The notes under the pieces are model-generated. The model was not told the DNA's origin and did not search any database. It saw only the letters and a program-made list of their open reading frames with translations. Position numbers and translations under genes: made by a program. 64,000 nucleotides of DNA, taken from NCBI GenBank assembly GCA_965248445.1, contig CBDFJG010000004.1, positions 1,568,001-1,632,000 of the forward strand, in the 5' to 3' direction. Below are positions 8,099 to 18,139 of this stretch, piece after piece; position 1 is the first letter of the stretch; each line of letters starts with the position of its first letter. The stretch is from Planctomycetota bacterium (GTDB lineage Bacteria > Planctomycetota > JAJSAM01 > JAJVHW01).

Positions 8099-10447
8099 AT
8101 GACCCGGACGAGGAGAGTCCTCCTCCCTGCGCTGATCGTCGTGGTGGTCGCCATCGTCGCGACACTCCTGGCGATCGCTCTGCGTTCGCACGGTGGCGAT
8201 AGCGGGAGCCGTGAGGACACGACGAGCGCTGAACGCGATCCCGACCTGCCCGCGCCCACGCAGGCCGACCGCAACCCGGATGAGACTCCCCGGGAGGCCG
8301 GCACCCTGGTCGGCCGCGTGCGGCGCCGCGATGACGGCGCGCCGGCCGGAGGAGCGCGGGTCGTTCTCAGTGGCGGCGGCATGGACCGGGTGGCCACGAC
8401 CGCCCGCGACGGGTCCTTCTCCTTCGAGCACGTGGACCGGAGCGGACACTTCGACCTCAGCGTGCAGGTTGACGGGTTCGGACCGCTGGTGCGGCGGGGG
8501 CTGCGCCTCGGACGCCACCGGCGCTTGGATCTGCGGACGCTCTGGCTCACTGCCGGTGCCCGCATCCGTGTCGTCGTTCGCGACGTCGGGGGATCCGAGA
8601 TCTCCGGGGCGACGGTCGAGGCATATCTTGCCGGAGACGGAGCGTCGCCGTTCGAGGCCGGTGTGCTGCCGACACCGGTGGCGGGCCGGCGCACCTCGTC
8701 GCACGGAATAGCCGCGTTCGACGATCTTTCCTCCGACACCTGGGTGTTCGTGGCGCGTGCGGCAGGGCGCGAGCGCCGTTCGACCGGCCCCGTGACGGTG
8801 CACGGGAGCACCAGCGTGCAGAAGTTCCTCATCACGCTGGGGCCCGCCGCGCAGCTCGCCGGGGTGGTACGCGCACGTGGCGGCGGGCCGCTCGATGGTG
8901 TCGAAGTCGTCGCCATGCGGCGCACGCTCGCAGCCGATCATCGAACTGCTCCGCTGGCGGTCCGCACCGTCACCGGGGCCGACGGTTCGTTCACGCTGCG
9001 CGGCCTGCCGGTCGGAGACGTCGTCATCTGGACCGCCCGCGACGGCGAGCCACTGACCGTGGCGGCCGCGGTGAGCGTCCCGGAGGTCGCGCAGCTGGAC
9101 ATCACGCTCGCTCCCTCGGCGCGCTTGGTGGGGCGCCTGGTGCAGGTCGAGAGCGGCGAACCGCTCGGCGACGCCATCGTGCACGCGCGCTTCGTTCTGC
9201 CGCTCGGCATCCCGACCACCGTCAGCGGTGCGGCGAACGCGCAGGGTGAGTTCGACCTGCGGTTGCCCGGCGCGGGGCGCGTGGACGAGATCGACGTCGT
9301 GGCACCTGGCATGCATCCCGTCAAGGGGTGGGGGCCGAACCTCGACATCGTCACCGTCCAGAGTCACGTCTACGAGGTGCTGATCGAGATGGCGGCCGGC
9401 GTGCGTCTGACCGGTGTGGTCAAGGGAGGCGGCGCGCCGCTAGCCGGAGCGACCGTCGTGGTCGAGCATCCGGTCGAGACCCGCGAGGCGACGACCGACT
9501 TCGAGGGTCGATACGTCTTCGAGTCGCTGCGCGCAGGCGCCGTCACCGTCCGTGCACGACGCTGGGGTCACGGGCCGGCCGCTGTGGGTGTGACGGTCCC
9601 GGCGGATCGCGGCGGCGGCACGCTGCGTCAGGACTTCGATCTCGAGCGCGGCGTGAGCGCCAAGGGCGTGGTGCTCGACGCCAAGGGGGATCCCGCGGCC
9701 GGCGCCGACGTGTTCGTGACCGACCAGCCGCGCGCCGTCGGCACCGAGACCAACGCGCACGGCCACTTCGAGACCGGTCCGCTCACTCCCGGGGAGCAAT
9801 GGGTGGAAGTGCACCACACCGGTCACAGCCCGTCGTACGCGAAGGTCCAGGCGGGCGTCACCGCGCTCCTCCGGCTGCGTCCGCTCGTCCGAGTTCGGGG
9901 GCGCGTCACGGACCGCGGTGGCAATGCCGTCCCGGGTGCGATCGTGCGTGCCGCGGGGAGCGACGGCGCGTCCGGCGGTGCGGACCCGATGCAACTGGAC
10001 TGGGCGTGGCTCGCGATGGACCGTTCGTCGGTGTCGGCGGATGGCACGTTCGATCACAGCGTGGCGATCATCGAGAGCGCGTATCTCGTGCGCGCCGAGG
10101 CGCCGGGTTACGCGCCGGTCACGGTGCAAGGCACGGACGCGGAGTTGCACCTGATGCTCGATCGCGGCGTCGCGCTCGAAGGCGTGGTCGAGGACGGCCG
10201 GGGCAACCCGGTCGCGGGCGCTTGGGTCGGGGTCACGCGCATCGCGGACGCGGCCGATCCCGAGAAAGTCCGTTATCCAGGAGCGTGGGGGCCGCCGGTG
10301 CGGGCAGTCACGGACGCCCAGGGGCGATTCGAGATTCCGGGGCTCTTGCGAGAGCGATACCTGGTCATGGCCCGTGTGGACGGTGCCTGGACGGCCCGCG
10401 CTGCGGCAGATGCGCCCTCCAGCCGGGTGAGGCTGGCTCCGCGCTGA
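8099..10447 (+). CDS. Membrane-anchored protein with repeated carboxypeptidase-regulatory-like domains
   Basis: N-terminal TM helix; repeated GxVxDxxGxPVxGAxV...TDxxGxF units. Confidence 0.8.
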   Translation: MTRTRRVLLPALIVVVVAIVATLLAIALRSHGGDSGSREDTTSAERDPDLPAPTQADRNPDETPREAGTLVGRVRRRDDGAPAGGARVVLSGGGMDRVATTARDGSFSFEHVDRSGHFDLSVQVDGFGPLVRRGLRLGRHRRLDLRTLWLTAGARIRVVVRDVGGSEISGATVEAYLAGDGASPFEAGVLPTPVAGRRTSSHGIAAFDDLSSDTWVFVARAAGRERRSTGPVTVHGSTSVQKFLITLGPAAQLAGVVRARGGGPLDGVEVVAMRRTLAADHRTAPLAVRTVTGADGSFTLRGLPVGDVVIWTARDGEPLTVAAAVSVPEVAQLDITLAPSARLVGRLVQVESGEPLGDAIVHARFVLPLGIPTTVSGAANAQGEFDLRLPGAGRVDEIDVVAPGMHPVKGWGPNLDIVTVQSHVYEVLIEMAAGVRLTGVVKGGGAPLAGATVVVEHPVETREATTDFEGRYVFESLRAGAVTVRARRWGHGPAAVGVTVPADRGGGTLRQDFDLERGVSAKGVVLDAKGDPAAGADVFVTDQPRAVGTETNAHGHFETGPLTPGEQWVEVHHTGHSPSYAKVQAGVTALLRLRPLVRVRGRVTDRGGNAVPGAIVRAAGSDGASGGADPMQLDWAWLAMDRSSVSADGTFDHSVAIIESAYLVRAEAPGYAPVTVQGTDAELHLMLDRGVALEGVVEDGRGNPVAGAWVGVTRIADAADPEKVRYPGAWGPPVRAVTDAQGRFEIPGLLRERYLVMARVDGAWTARAAADAPSSRVRLAPR

Positions 10448-10513
10448 TCCGCCGCATCGGGCCCCATCCGCGGCCCCCATCCGCGGCGAGGAGCGGTACG
10501 ATTCAGTCTCCCC

Positions 10514-12016
10514 ATGCAACGGCTCCCTCTGCTGCTGGTCCTCGCGCTCGTCGCAGCTCTTCCGGGCGGCTCGTTGCGTGCCGATGGATTCAAGGTCTCG
10601 ATCGCGAATGGTGATCGTGTGCGCGGGACGATCGATCCCGCGTTTCAAGTCGACACCTTCCGCCTCGACATCCCGTCCGGAGCTCAGCTCTCCGTGACGG
10701 CGAAGGCGAAGTCGACATCGCGATACAGGCATCCACCGTCCGTTCGTCTGCGTCTGCTCGGACCCTCCCTCACCGACGTCGGCGGCGACGCGCTGCAGAA
10801 CACTCCCAAGCGAGCCCGCATCAAGAAGTTCGTGGCGGATGACACCGGGGAATACGCGCTCGAACTGCGGGGCGACGACTTCGACGTCGGCGACTACACG
10901 TTCCGCGCACGGTTCAAGTACACGAAGCGGCTGAAGATCCCGGACGTCGCGCCCGGCGCACTCGGCGTCACCGTGAAGTTCTCCGCTCCCGGAGGCACGG
11001 TCCTCAAGGCGATCGTGAAGCCTCAGGGGCGCTCGGGCGCGCGGCCGCGCATTCGCAAGATCAGCCTGGACGCGCCCGGCGCCGAGGCGATCGTGGCGCC
11101 CGAAGTCGGGACCGTTACCACGGCGCGGCACGTCGTGGATGACGTGCTGCTGCGCGACACCGCCGACTACGCCATCGAACTGCGCGACGCTGCGGTGTCG
11201 CTCGAGCCAGTCACTCTCGTGCTCAAGATGAAGCCGCCGCGGCTGTCCCGTCGCAAGGTCAGCCTCACCGAGGGCGATCTGGGCGCACTGCCCGACGACG
11301 TGGAAATCGTGGCGACGGTGCTGGGCAAGACGACGGGGACGTACGCGGCCGCGCGCAATCCGCGCGACGCCGACGCTGCGCGCGCTTCAGTGAGTGTGCC
11401 GGCTGGCGTCCTCGATGACGGCGCGCCGATCGTGCTCGGCCTGGCGCCGGAGTTCGCGGCACCGGCGGGGACTGGCCTGTTGCCAGTCGGCCGGCCGATC
11501 TACGTCGGCCCCGACGTGCTGGATCTTCCGCAACTCGCGACGGGCACGGCGGGCTTCGACGTGGCAGCGATGGGTGGCGACAGTTCCACGCTGCGTGTCG
11601 TGCACCGCGATCCCTCGTTCACGTTGAGCGTGCTCTCTCGACAGGCGATCAGCGTGGACGACGGGACGGAGACTGTGTCGTTCCCGCTCGGGCGCTCCGG
11701 AGCGTTCGGTGCGTTCCGTCTGTGGCCGGCGCCCGATCTCGTGACGCTCAATCCGTTCATCGGCGGCGGCCAGGGCGGCTTCCCCATCTCGATCTTCGGC
11801 AGCGGGCTGCGGCCGGGCGTCCTGGACGACGGTGACCCGATCATGGAGATCCTGCTGGACGACGTCGTCGTCGACGTGACGATCACCCAGGTGACCGATC
11901 TCTTCATCACGTTCATCGCGCCGGCGCATCTGATCGGCGACGTGACGTTCAGCGTCCGGGACCGGGAGACGGGTCTGAGCGGACGACTGCCGACAGGGTC
12001 CTTCGAGTACCGCTAG
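10514..12016 (+). CDS. Secreted protein: PPC-like domains, ZU5-like region, C-terminal IPT/TIG-like domain
   Basis: Signal peptide; GTIDPAFQVDTFRL; VSVPAGVLD..VGP; PDLVTLNP..GGQGGFPISIFGSGL. Confidence 0.6.
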   Translation: MQRLPLLLVLALVAALPGGSLRADGFKVSIANGDRVRGTIDPAFQVDTFRLDIPSGAQLSVTAKAKSTSRYRHPPSVRLRLLGPSLTDVGGDALQNTPKRARIKKFVADDTGEYALELRGDDFDVGDYTFRARFKYTKRLKIPDVAPGALGVTVKFSAPGGTVLKAIVKPQGRSGARPRIRKISLDAPGAEAIVAPEVGTVTTARHVVDDVLLRDTADYAIELRDAAVSLEPVTLVLKMKPPRLSRRKVSLTEGDLGALPDDVEIVATVLGKTTGTYAAARNPRDADAARASVSVPAGVLDDGAPIVLGLAPEFAAPAGTGLLPVGRPIYVGPDVLDLPQLATGTAGFDVAAMGGDSSTLRVVHRDPSFTLSVLSRQAISVDDGTETVSFPLGRSGAFGAFRLWPAPDLVTLNPFIGGGQGGFPISIFGSGLRPGVLDDGDPIMEILLDDVVVDVTITQVTDLFITFIAPAHLIGDVTFSVRDRETGLSGRLPTGSFEYR

Positions 12017-12026
12017 CCGAGTCTCC

Positions 12027-12412
12027 CTCCTACGCGGTCTCCGACCGCTACGGAGGGCTCCGGGCACATCGGGTGCGCCGCACCCGATGTGCCCTCCGCA
12101 TTCGCGCAACAAGCGCCGGCCTGCTGTCGGGGCGGAGTTCCACCCCGCCCGCGACGAGGTCCTTTCGCGAGCGGGACTCATTGTTCCGCGGCCCGTCGAG
12201 TGCGTCCTCGTCGCCGGATCGATCAGCCGGTGCGCTGGTGCGGACGTTCACGGGCGGGGGTGGAATCTCGCCCCTGCACGCTCATGCAGTGGCGCCCGCG
12301 TGGAAGCCGGTAGAGCACGTGCGCGCTCGTTGCGCGAATCGGGAGGGCGGGGCGGTTGCGAAGCAAGCGCCGTGACCGACCACCTCCGGAGCGTCCGGAG
12401 GACGCGTAGGAG
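12027..12412. repeat. Nested inverted-repeat (foldback/REPIN-like) intergenic element
   Basis: Arms 12027-12056/12383-12412 (25/30), 12091-12116/12323-12348 (23/26), REP-like pair 12125-12150/12252-12278; perfect 15-bp hairpin 12062-12094. Confidence 0.75.
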
Positions 12413-12500
12413 AGAATCGAATCCGCGAACGAATGGCGCGCGGATTGCCCCGCAAACCGCGTGACACGCTCAGCATCATGTAACGACCGCGGAGCGGCCG

Positions 12501-14183
12501 CTACATGATGCTGAGCACTTCGTTCAGCGGGTCCATGCCGATCGTGTAGTTGTTGTCGATCGAGAACCGCGCGAGCTGCGGGATGGGCGACGGATCGGCG
12601 AGCACGCCGAGCGACACGACCGCGAAGGCGCGCACGAGATCCTGGTCCTTCTTGTTCCTGTAGACGCCCAGCAGATCGGTCACCGACTCGTTGCGCCGCA
12701 GCACACCGAACGCCATCGCAGCGCTCCCGCGCTCGTAGATGCTGCCGTCGCCGTGCAACGTCTCCTTGAGATACCTGCGTGCAGCGGGGTCGTGCAGGAG
12801 GCCGAGCGCGATCGCGAGGTTCATGCGGTGGCGGGGGTCGTTGGAGTCGGCGAGCTTCTCCCGCAGCAGCGGAGCGGACGAACCGCTCTGGAGCATGGCG
12901 AGCGCGAGCGCCCCGTAGCTCGAGAGCCAGATGTGGCCCTTGTCCGCGGCGGCGGCCTCGAGAAGCGGCACCGCGTCGCGGTCACCCATCAGTCCGAGTG
13001 CGATGCAGTAGGCGCCGCGGACGTGCTTGTTCCGTTCCTCGGCGAGTGCCCGACGCACGGTGCGCGCCGCCGTGTCCCGTCCCGCGAGCCCGAGCGCCAG
13101 TGCCAGGAACGGGCGGTCCGAGGACTTCCCCTTGGCGAACTTCTTCTCGAGCTTCACCAGGATGTCGTCGTTGCCCATGCGGCCGAGTGCCACGGCCGCG
13201 AAGTGCCGGACGTTCGGGTCCGCGTCGTCGAACGCACGGAAGAGCGCCTTCACGGCATCGTCGTCGTCCGAAGTCGCCACCTTGCCGACACCGATCACCG
13301 CCGACCGCCGGACCACGGCCTTGCTGTCCTTCATCAGGCGGACAAGCAGGTCGAGAGACTCGCGCTGCTCGAGTCGGCCGATGCCGAGGCCGGCGTACGA
13401 CCGCACCATGTCGTCGTGGTGCTTGCTGACGACGACCTTGTTCAGTGCAGGGAGCGCAGCCGCGGGCCGATCGGCCAGGCCGAGTGCGACAAGGCACGAC
13501 GCCACGAGAGGCGGCTGCTCGCGTGACGGCGCGCCGCTGCGCGCCGTCTTGCCCAGGAATCGCAGCAGCATCGCGGTCGAGTCGTCGCCGCCGACCATGC
13601 CCAGGCCGAAAGCGGCGAACGAACGCCGGCGCGTCGCCTGCTGCTTGTCGTTCAGGAACTCCACGAGAAACGGCAGGTTCTCGTCGCCGCCGAGCATCCC
13701 GAGCGCCAGCAGCGCCGAGTCACGGACGTCCTTGTGCGTGTCTTTGAAGAGCGCCCTGCGCAGCGGTTCCGCCGCGCGCTCATCCTTCGTCTTGCCGAGT
13801 GCGATCGCGGCTGCGGTGCGCACCTCGAAGCTGTCGTCGTTCAGCGCTTCGAGGAAGATCGGTACCAGACGTGCACGGACGCGCGTGTCCTCTCGCGCGC
13901 GCCGGGCGAGTCGCGCGGCTGGATCGTCGCGAAGGCTCGGCGTGATGTCCGCCGGCTCGTCACGCATTCGCTCGTGCAAACGAAGGTGGAACTCCTTGTT
14001 CGCGGACCACCACGCCTGCCACGCCGTGACCGGGCCGGGAGGATCGGCGGTGCCGGGCGGCACGCCGCCACTGGGCTGTCCGCCGCCCGCATTGGGGCCG
14101 CGGAACGCGCCTCCGTGCGCGAATGCGACGGGCGCGGAGCCCGCGATCACGAGGAGCGCAAGACAGGCGCTTCGAAGGTGCAT
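12501..14183 (-). CDS. Secreted HEAT/PBS-lyase repeat protein
   Basis: Signal peptide ending AFA-HGG; repeated VRxxAAxALG units. Confidence 0.85.
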   Translation of the reverse strand: MHLRSACLALLVIAGSAPVAFAHGGAFRGPNAGGGQPSGGVPPGTADPPGPVTAWQAWWSANKEFHLRLHERMRDEPADITPSLRDDPAARLARRAREDTRVRARLVPIFLEALNDDSFEVRTAAAIALGKTKDERAAEPLRRALFKDTHKDVRDSALLALGMLGGDENLPFLVEFLNDKQQATRRRSFAAFGLGMVGGDDSTAMLLRFLGKTARSGAPSREQPPLVASCLVALGLADRPAAALPALNKVVVSKHHDDMVRSYAGLGIGRLEQRESLDLLVRLMKDSKAVVRRSAVIGVGKVATSDDDDAVKALFRAFDDADPNVRHFAAVALGRMGNDDILVKLEKKFAKGKSSDRPFLALALGLAGRDTAARTVRRALAEERNKHVRGAYCIALGLMGDRDAVPLLEAAAADKGHIWLSSYGALALAMLQSGSSAPLLREKLADSNDPRHRMNLAIALGLLHDPAARRYLKETLHGDGSIYERGSAAMAFGVLRRNESVTDLLGVYRNKKDQDLVRAFAVVSLGVLADPSPIPQLARFSIDNNYTIGMDPLNEVLSIM

Positions 14184-14263
14184 ACGACTAGCCTCCTGAC
14201 CGCTCGATCTAAGCAGAGACTAACCGGTGTAGCCCGTCCGGCTACGGTCACAGGCTGCCGGGG

Positions 14264-14980
14264 CTACTCGGCGGGCAGCGTCTGGACGTAGGTCAGCACA
14301 TCCACGGAGACCGAGAGGTCGAGCGCGCGCAGGGCGGGCATCTCCGTCGCCGGCTGGCCGTTGAGGATCTTGTGGAGCGTCTCCCAGGGGTTCTTCCGGG
14401 AGACAGCCCCGAGCACAGGCATCTCCTCGGCCTTCCCGTCGCTGCCGTGGCAGCCGGCGCAGATGGTCTTGTAGTAGACCCGGCCTCGGGCGACGTCGCC
14501 TTGAGCCTCTGCAGAGGCTCGGTCGATCACGCCGTCCATGTCCATCGTGCCGGCCGCGACGAACGTCGCGAGCGTCCGCAGGTCGTCCGCGCCGAGGACC
14601 TCGCCGAACCCGTGCGTCTCGTCCCGCAGGATCGAAATGATCTCGTCCGCATTCGCTCCGCTCCGCGTGAGAACGCCTGCGATGCCGGTCGCGTGCTTGC
14701 CGGATGCATAGGCCCCGTCCTTGCCCGCGTAGTCCCAGCCGTGACACTCCTTGCAGCGCCAGTTCGCGCCGGGTTTCGCGGCGTACGCGGCATCGGCCGG
14801 GTACGCGGAGTGGGGCGCGGTCGGTTCGGTGAGCTCGGCCTCTGCGAACCACTTGTCGTATAGCCGCCCGCCTCGGGCGAGATCGGCCTCCATGGAGAGG
14901 TCGCGCGCGGTCGGCGCGACCTCCCGGGGCGAGCACGCAGCGAGGAGGAGGGCGACGCATGGGAGGATCGTGCGGAGCAT
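14264..14980 (-). CDS. Diheme c-type cytochrome lipoprotein
   Basis: Lipobox LAAC; CKECH and CAGCH heme motifs; C-terminal EMP Met ligand. Confidence 0.88.
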   Translation of the reverse strand: MLRTILPCVALLLAACSPREVAPTARDLSMEADLARGGRLYDKWFAEAELTEPTAPHSAYPADAAYAAKPGANWRCKECHGWDYAGKDGAYASGKHATGIAGVLTRSGANADEIISILRDETHGFGEVLGADDLRTLATFVAAGTMDMDGVIDRASAEAQGDVARGRVYYKTICAGCHGSDGKAEEMPVLGAVSRKNPWETLHKILNGQPATEMPALRALDLSVSVDVLTYVQTLPAE

Positions 14981-15028
14981 GCCTGGGAGGCTACTCCGGA
15001 TTCCGAGGATCGACGAATCCCGGCCGTG

Positions 15029-15475
15029 TCAGTCGGCGGCTTGGCACGCGGTGCAAAGCACATCGTACTCGACGCGCATGCCGTCGGCGACGAGGCCGGC
15101 GGGCAGCTTGGGCAACTTGCCCGGGCGCGGGAATCGCGAGATCTCGATGTCCTTGATCGCCCCGCACTTGCGACACGCTGCGTGATCGTGCGGCTCGACG
15201 AGGCCGTCGAAGCGCAGGCGTCCGTCGCACGTCGCGACGCGGCTGCCGAGACCGACGCGCACGAACGACTCGAGTCCGTCGTACACCGTCGAGAGCGCGA
15301 GCGTCGGGTGGTTCGGCCGAAGACTCACGTGCAACTGCTCGGCGGTCGGATGACGCGTGTCTTTGCGCAACGCGGCAAGAAGCGCCAAGCGTGTGGCGGT
15401 GGCCCGGAGGCCGGCCTCTCGGAGTTCGGCGACGAGACGTCTCGGATCTGTACGCACAACGGTGGACTGCGTCAT
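15029..15475 (-). CDS. Fur/PerR family transcriptional regulator
   Basis: LREAGLRATATR, HPTAEQL, STVY, HDHAACRKCG, C-terminal CTAC. Confidence 0.9.
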   Translation of the reverse strand: MTQSTVVRTDPRRLVAELREAGLRATATRLALLAALRKDTRHPTAEQLHVSLRPNHPTLALSTVYDGLESFVRVGLGSRVATCDGRLRFDGLVEPHDHAACRKCGAIKDIEISRFPRPGKLPKLPAGLVADGMRVEYDVLCTACQAAD

Positions 15476-15624
15476 GGATCGGAAGCCCTCCCAAGCTGCC
15501 TTCTTCCGGACGCGCGAACGAACGCGGCGAGGAGGCCATTGAACCCGCTCCTGAGCGGGTCGCGCAACTCGAAACCCGAGCGCAGGCGTGAGTGTTCGGG
15601 CCATTCAGGCTGCTACGAGGGGGA

Positions 15625-16629
15625 TCAGTCGACCCGCAGGATGTCGCACAGCGTGAACTGACCCGACACGGTCTCGATGCCTGCAGGCGTTTGCACTTCG
15701 ATGGAGAAGCGCCCTGCGAGCGTCTTGTGCGCCAGGTCGAACGCATCGACGGACAGCGTGCCCGCGGTTCCGACGTGCAGGTCTTCGCCGTTCTGCAACT
15801 CGGCCCGCGCTTGGGAGATGGCGGGACCGACGTCGTAGCTGCCGACGCCGTCGAACGAAATCGGCGGGAACGCAAGACGCACCACGCGACCGTCCGGGGT
15901 CTTTGCCTCCACGTGCAGCGTGGAGACGACACCGCGCGAAGTCGTCGACAAGAGGCCGCCGACCGCCGTGGCGGAGAACGCCTCACCGAGAGAGGACCCG
16001 TCCAGGTGCACGACGCCTGCGGCGGTGCCTGTCTCGCTCTCGTGGCACACGTACGGCCCGACGACACCGCCGCTCCGCCGGATCTCCTTCCGCGCCCGGC
16101 GCACGCGGCGCGCGGCGCGGTCGAGGAGCCGCGCACGGACTGTCTGCAGATTCGCGGTGGACGCGCGCGCCGACAGCTCGGCCGCGATCGCGAGGAAGCG
16201 GTCCGCGCGACGACTCACCCCGGGAAGCAGGCTCTCGAGTGCGTCCGCGCCGCGCCGCGCGTCCACCTCGGTGCTCTCGTAGCGCACGTCGAGCTCGTCC
16301 AGCAGTTCGACGATGAGTGCCTTCGCGCGCTCGGAGTCCTCGTCGTCTTTCGTGTACGCGCGGTCGACGACCGTGGCGACCCGGTTCGCCGTGCGGAGTT
16401 CGCGTGCGAGTCCGGCGTGCTCGCGCCCGATCAGTCGCTCGATCTTCTCGAGGGCCACGACGCGCTTCCGAGCCAGGCGATCCGCTTCGTCGCGCAAGCG
16501 TCCCAGTCCGTCCTCGACCCAGTCGGCGAGATCTTCGGCGAAGTCCGACAGAGAACCGGCGGGTGCCGCAGTCGGAGCGGCCACGACCAGGGCGAAAGCG
16601 AGCGCGAGGGAGAGGTGGGTGCGCGACAT
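15625..16629 (-). CDS. Hypothetical secreted protein
   Basis: GGAGG RBS, signal peptide MSRTHLSLALAFALVV; helical N-terminal half, beta-rich C-terminal half. Confidence 0.7.
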   Translation of the reverse strand: MSRTHLSLALAFALVVAAPTAAPAGSLSDFAEDLADWVEDGLGRLRDEADRLARKRVVALEKIERLIGREHAGLARELRTANRVATVVDRAYTKDDEDSERAKALIVELLDELDVRYESTEVDARRGADALESLLPGVSRRADRFLAIAAELSARASTANLQTVRARLLDRAARRVRRARKEIRRSGGVVGPYVCHESETGTAAGVVHLDGSSLGEAFSATAVGGLLSTTSRGVVSTLHVEAKTPDGRVVRLAFPPISFDGVGSYDVGPAISQARAELQNGEDLHVGTAGTLSVDAFDLAHKTLAGRFSIEVQTPAGIETVSGQFTLCDILRVD

Positions 16630-16791
16630 GGCGACCTCCGGGGTGGGCGGGACCGGAGGCCCCGGACCCCATACATCGACCGTCGACTGGGGAGGGTGCA
16701 ACCGGCGCTCACGGGTCCGCCGGGCAGGCTCGGTCCGGGGTCGGCGGGAGCCCGGTCAGTCCCCGGCGCTGGCAAGTCGATCGGGCGCTGG

Positions 16792-17678
16792 TCAGTCAAT
16801 CGGGAAGTAGAGGAGCCTGCGCGGACCGTCCAGGACGAAGGGGAACGTGCGCAGCACGTCGTTGCCCAGGATGCCCCGGTCAGATGCCGTCCGCACCGCT
16901 GTGAACTGCAGGGGACGCGGGCCCAGCCGCAGTCCCTCCACCCGGCGGAACGGGGAACGGCCTCCGAACTCCGAAGCCGCTTCCGGCGAGAGCAGCGCGC
17001 GCAAGCGCGCGGTGTCCGCCGCAAACGAATAGCGCTCGTCCCACCGCGCGCCGATCACCGAAATCTCGGCGCCCGTGTCGAGGAGCATAGGGATTGGCTC
17101 GCCGTCGGGTCCCTGCAGGCGCACCACCGGTGTGCCTCCCGACCAGTCGACGCGCATCGTCACGAAGCGGCGATTCGGGTAGCGGCGGGACAGCGTCGCA
17201 CTCAGCTCGCCAGGCGGGACGATGAGCCACTCACCTGCCGGCGCATCGAAGACGGACACGAGGACCTCGAGCAGGTTGCTCCCCAGCAGCGCCTGGGGAG
17301 TGTCCGCCCCGCCGCGTCCCGGCACCGGCAGGTTGTGCAGGTCGATCAGTTGCATCGCCACGTCGTGCGCTTCCGCCGCGGGTCCGAGCTCGATGTCGAG
17401 CAGCGCGTATCGGTTGGCCGTCCGCGTCCAGCCGATACCGCGCAGGCGCCGCGGCCAGAAGTAGGCGCGCGTGGGGAGTTGAGCCGCCGCCGCGAACGTC
17501 TCGTCGGCGAGCGATGTCTCTGAGCCCGTGTCGACGAGAACGCGTGCGGGAGCACCGACTCCGCCCGTACGAATGCCGTGGCCCGCGGGGTCGAGCAGGC
17601 GACTGCAAGCAGCACCGTGCACGCGAGCGCGAGCAGGCTGCGCCAGCTACGGTGGGACGGAAGTCGCGGAATGCGCAG
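16792..17678 (-). CDS. Two-domain retropepsin-like aspartyl protease lipoprotein; 1-nt frameshift near 17560; start uncertain
   Basis: VLVDTGS, LLGSNLL, LLDTGA, GILGNDVL; signal peptide with lipobox LAVAC lies in an adjacent frame. Confidence 0.7.
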
Positions 17679-17736
17679 GGCACGTCTCCTGTTCTCGGCG
17701 GCACGCAAGCACAGTCCCGCTCCTGGGAGGATCGAC

Positions 17737-18135
17737 ATGCCCGCCGCTCTTCGCAACATACTGAACGACCTCTCCGCGCCGGTGTACGCCGTCCTGAGGA
17801 TACTCACTGGCTTCATGTTCCTGCTCCACGGCACCTCGAAGCTGTTCGATCTGCCGGTTGGGTTCAATCCTGACCTGTGGACGAAGCACTGGTGGGGCGG
17901 CGTTCTGGAAGTCGCCTGCGGAGCCATGGTGATGTTCGGGATCCAGGCCCGCCTGGGCGCGTTCCTGGCCGCCGGCACGATGGCCGTCGCCTACTGGACC
18001 GAGCACTTCAGCCTTGAGAAGCCGCTGCCCTTCCAGAGCGGCGAGCTGGCTGTGCTCTTCTGCTGGCTGTTCCTGATCTTCGCCACCAAGGGCCCCGGCC
18101 GGTGGACGCTCTGGCCAAAGGGCAGTGCGGCCTGA
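17737..18135 (+). CDS. DoxX family membrane protein
   Basis: LRILTGFMFLLHGTSKLF, RLGAFLAAGTMAVAY, GELAVLFC, GPGRWTL. Confidence 0.9.
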   Translation: MPAALRNILNDLSAPVYAVLRILTGFMFLLHGTSKLFDLPVGFNPDLWTKHWWGGVLEVACGAMVMFGIQARLGAFLAAGTMAVAYWTEHFSLEKPLPFQSGELAVLFCWLFLIFATKGPGRWTLWPKGSAA

Positions 18136-18139
18136 CGGG

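Noticed and set aside
15592..17523. Long antisense ORFs such as 15592-17523(+), 49315-51903(-), 40387-42060(+) and 60559-62142(+)
   Set aside because: Shadow ORFs caused by high-GC codon bias opposite well-supported genes; no recognisable motifs
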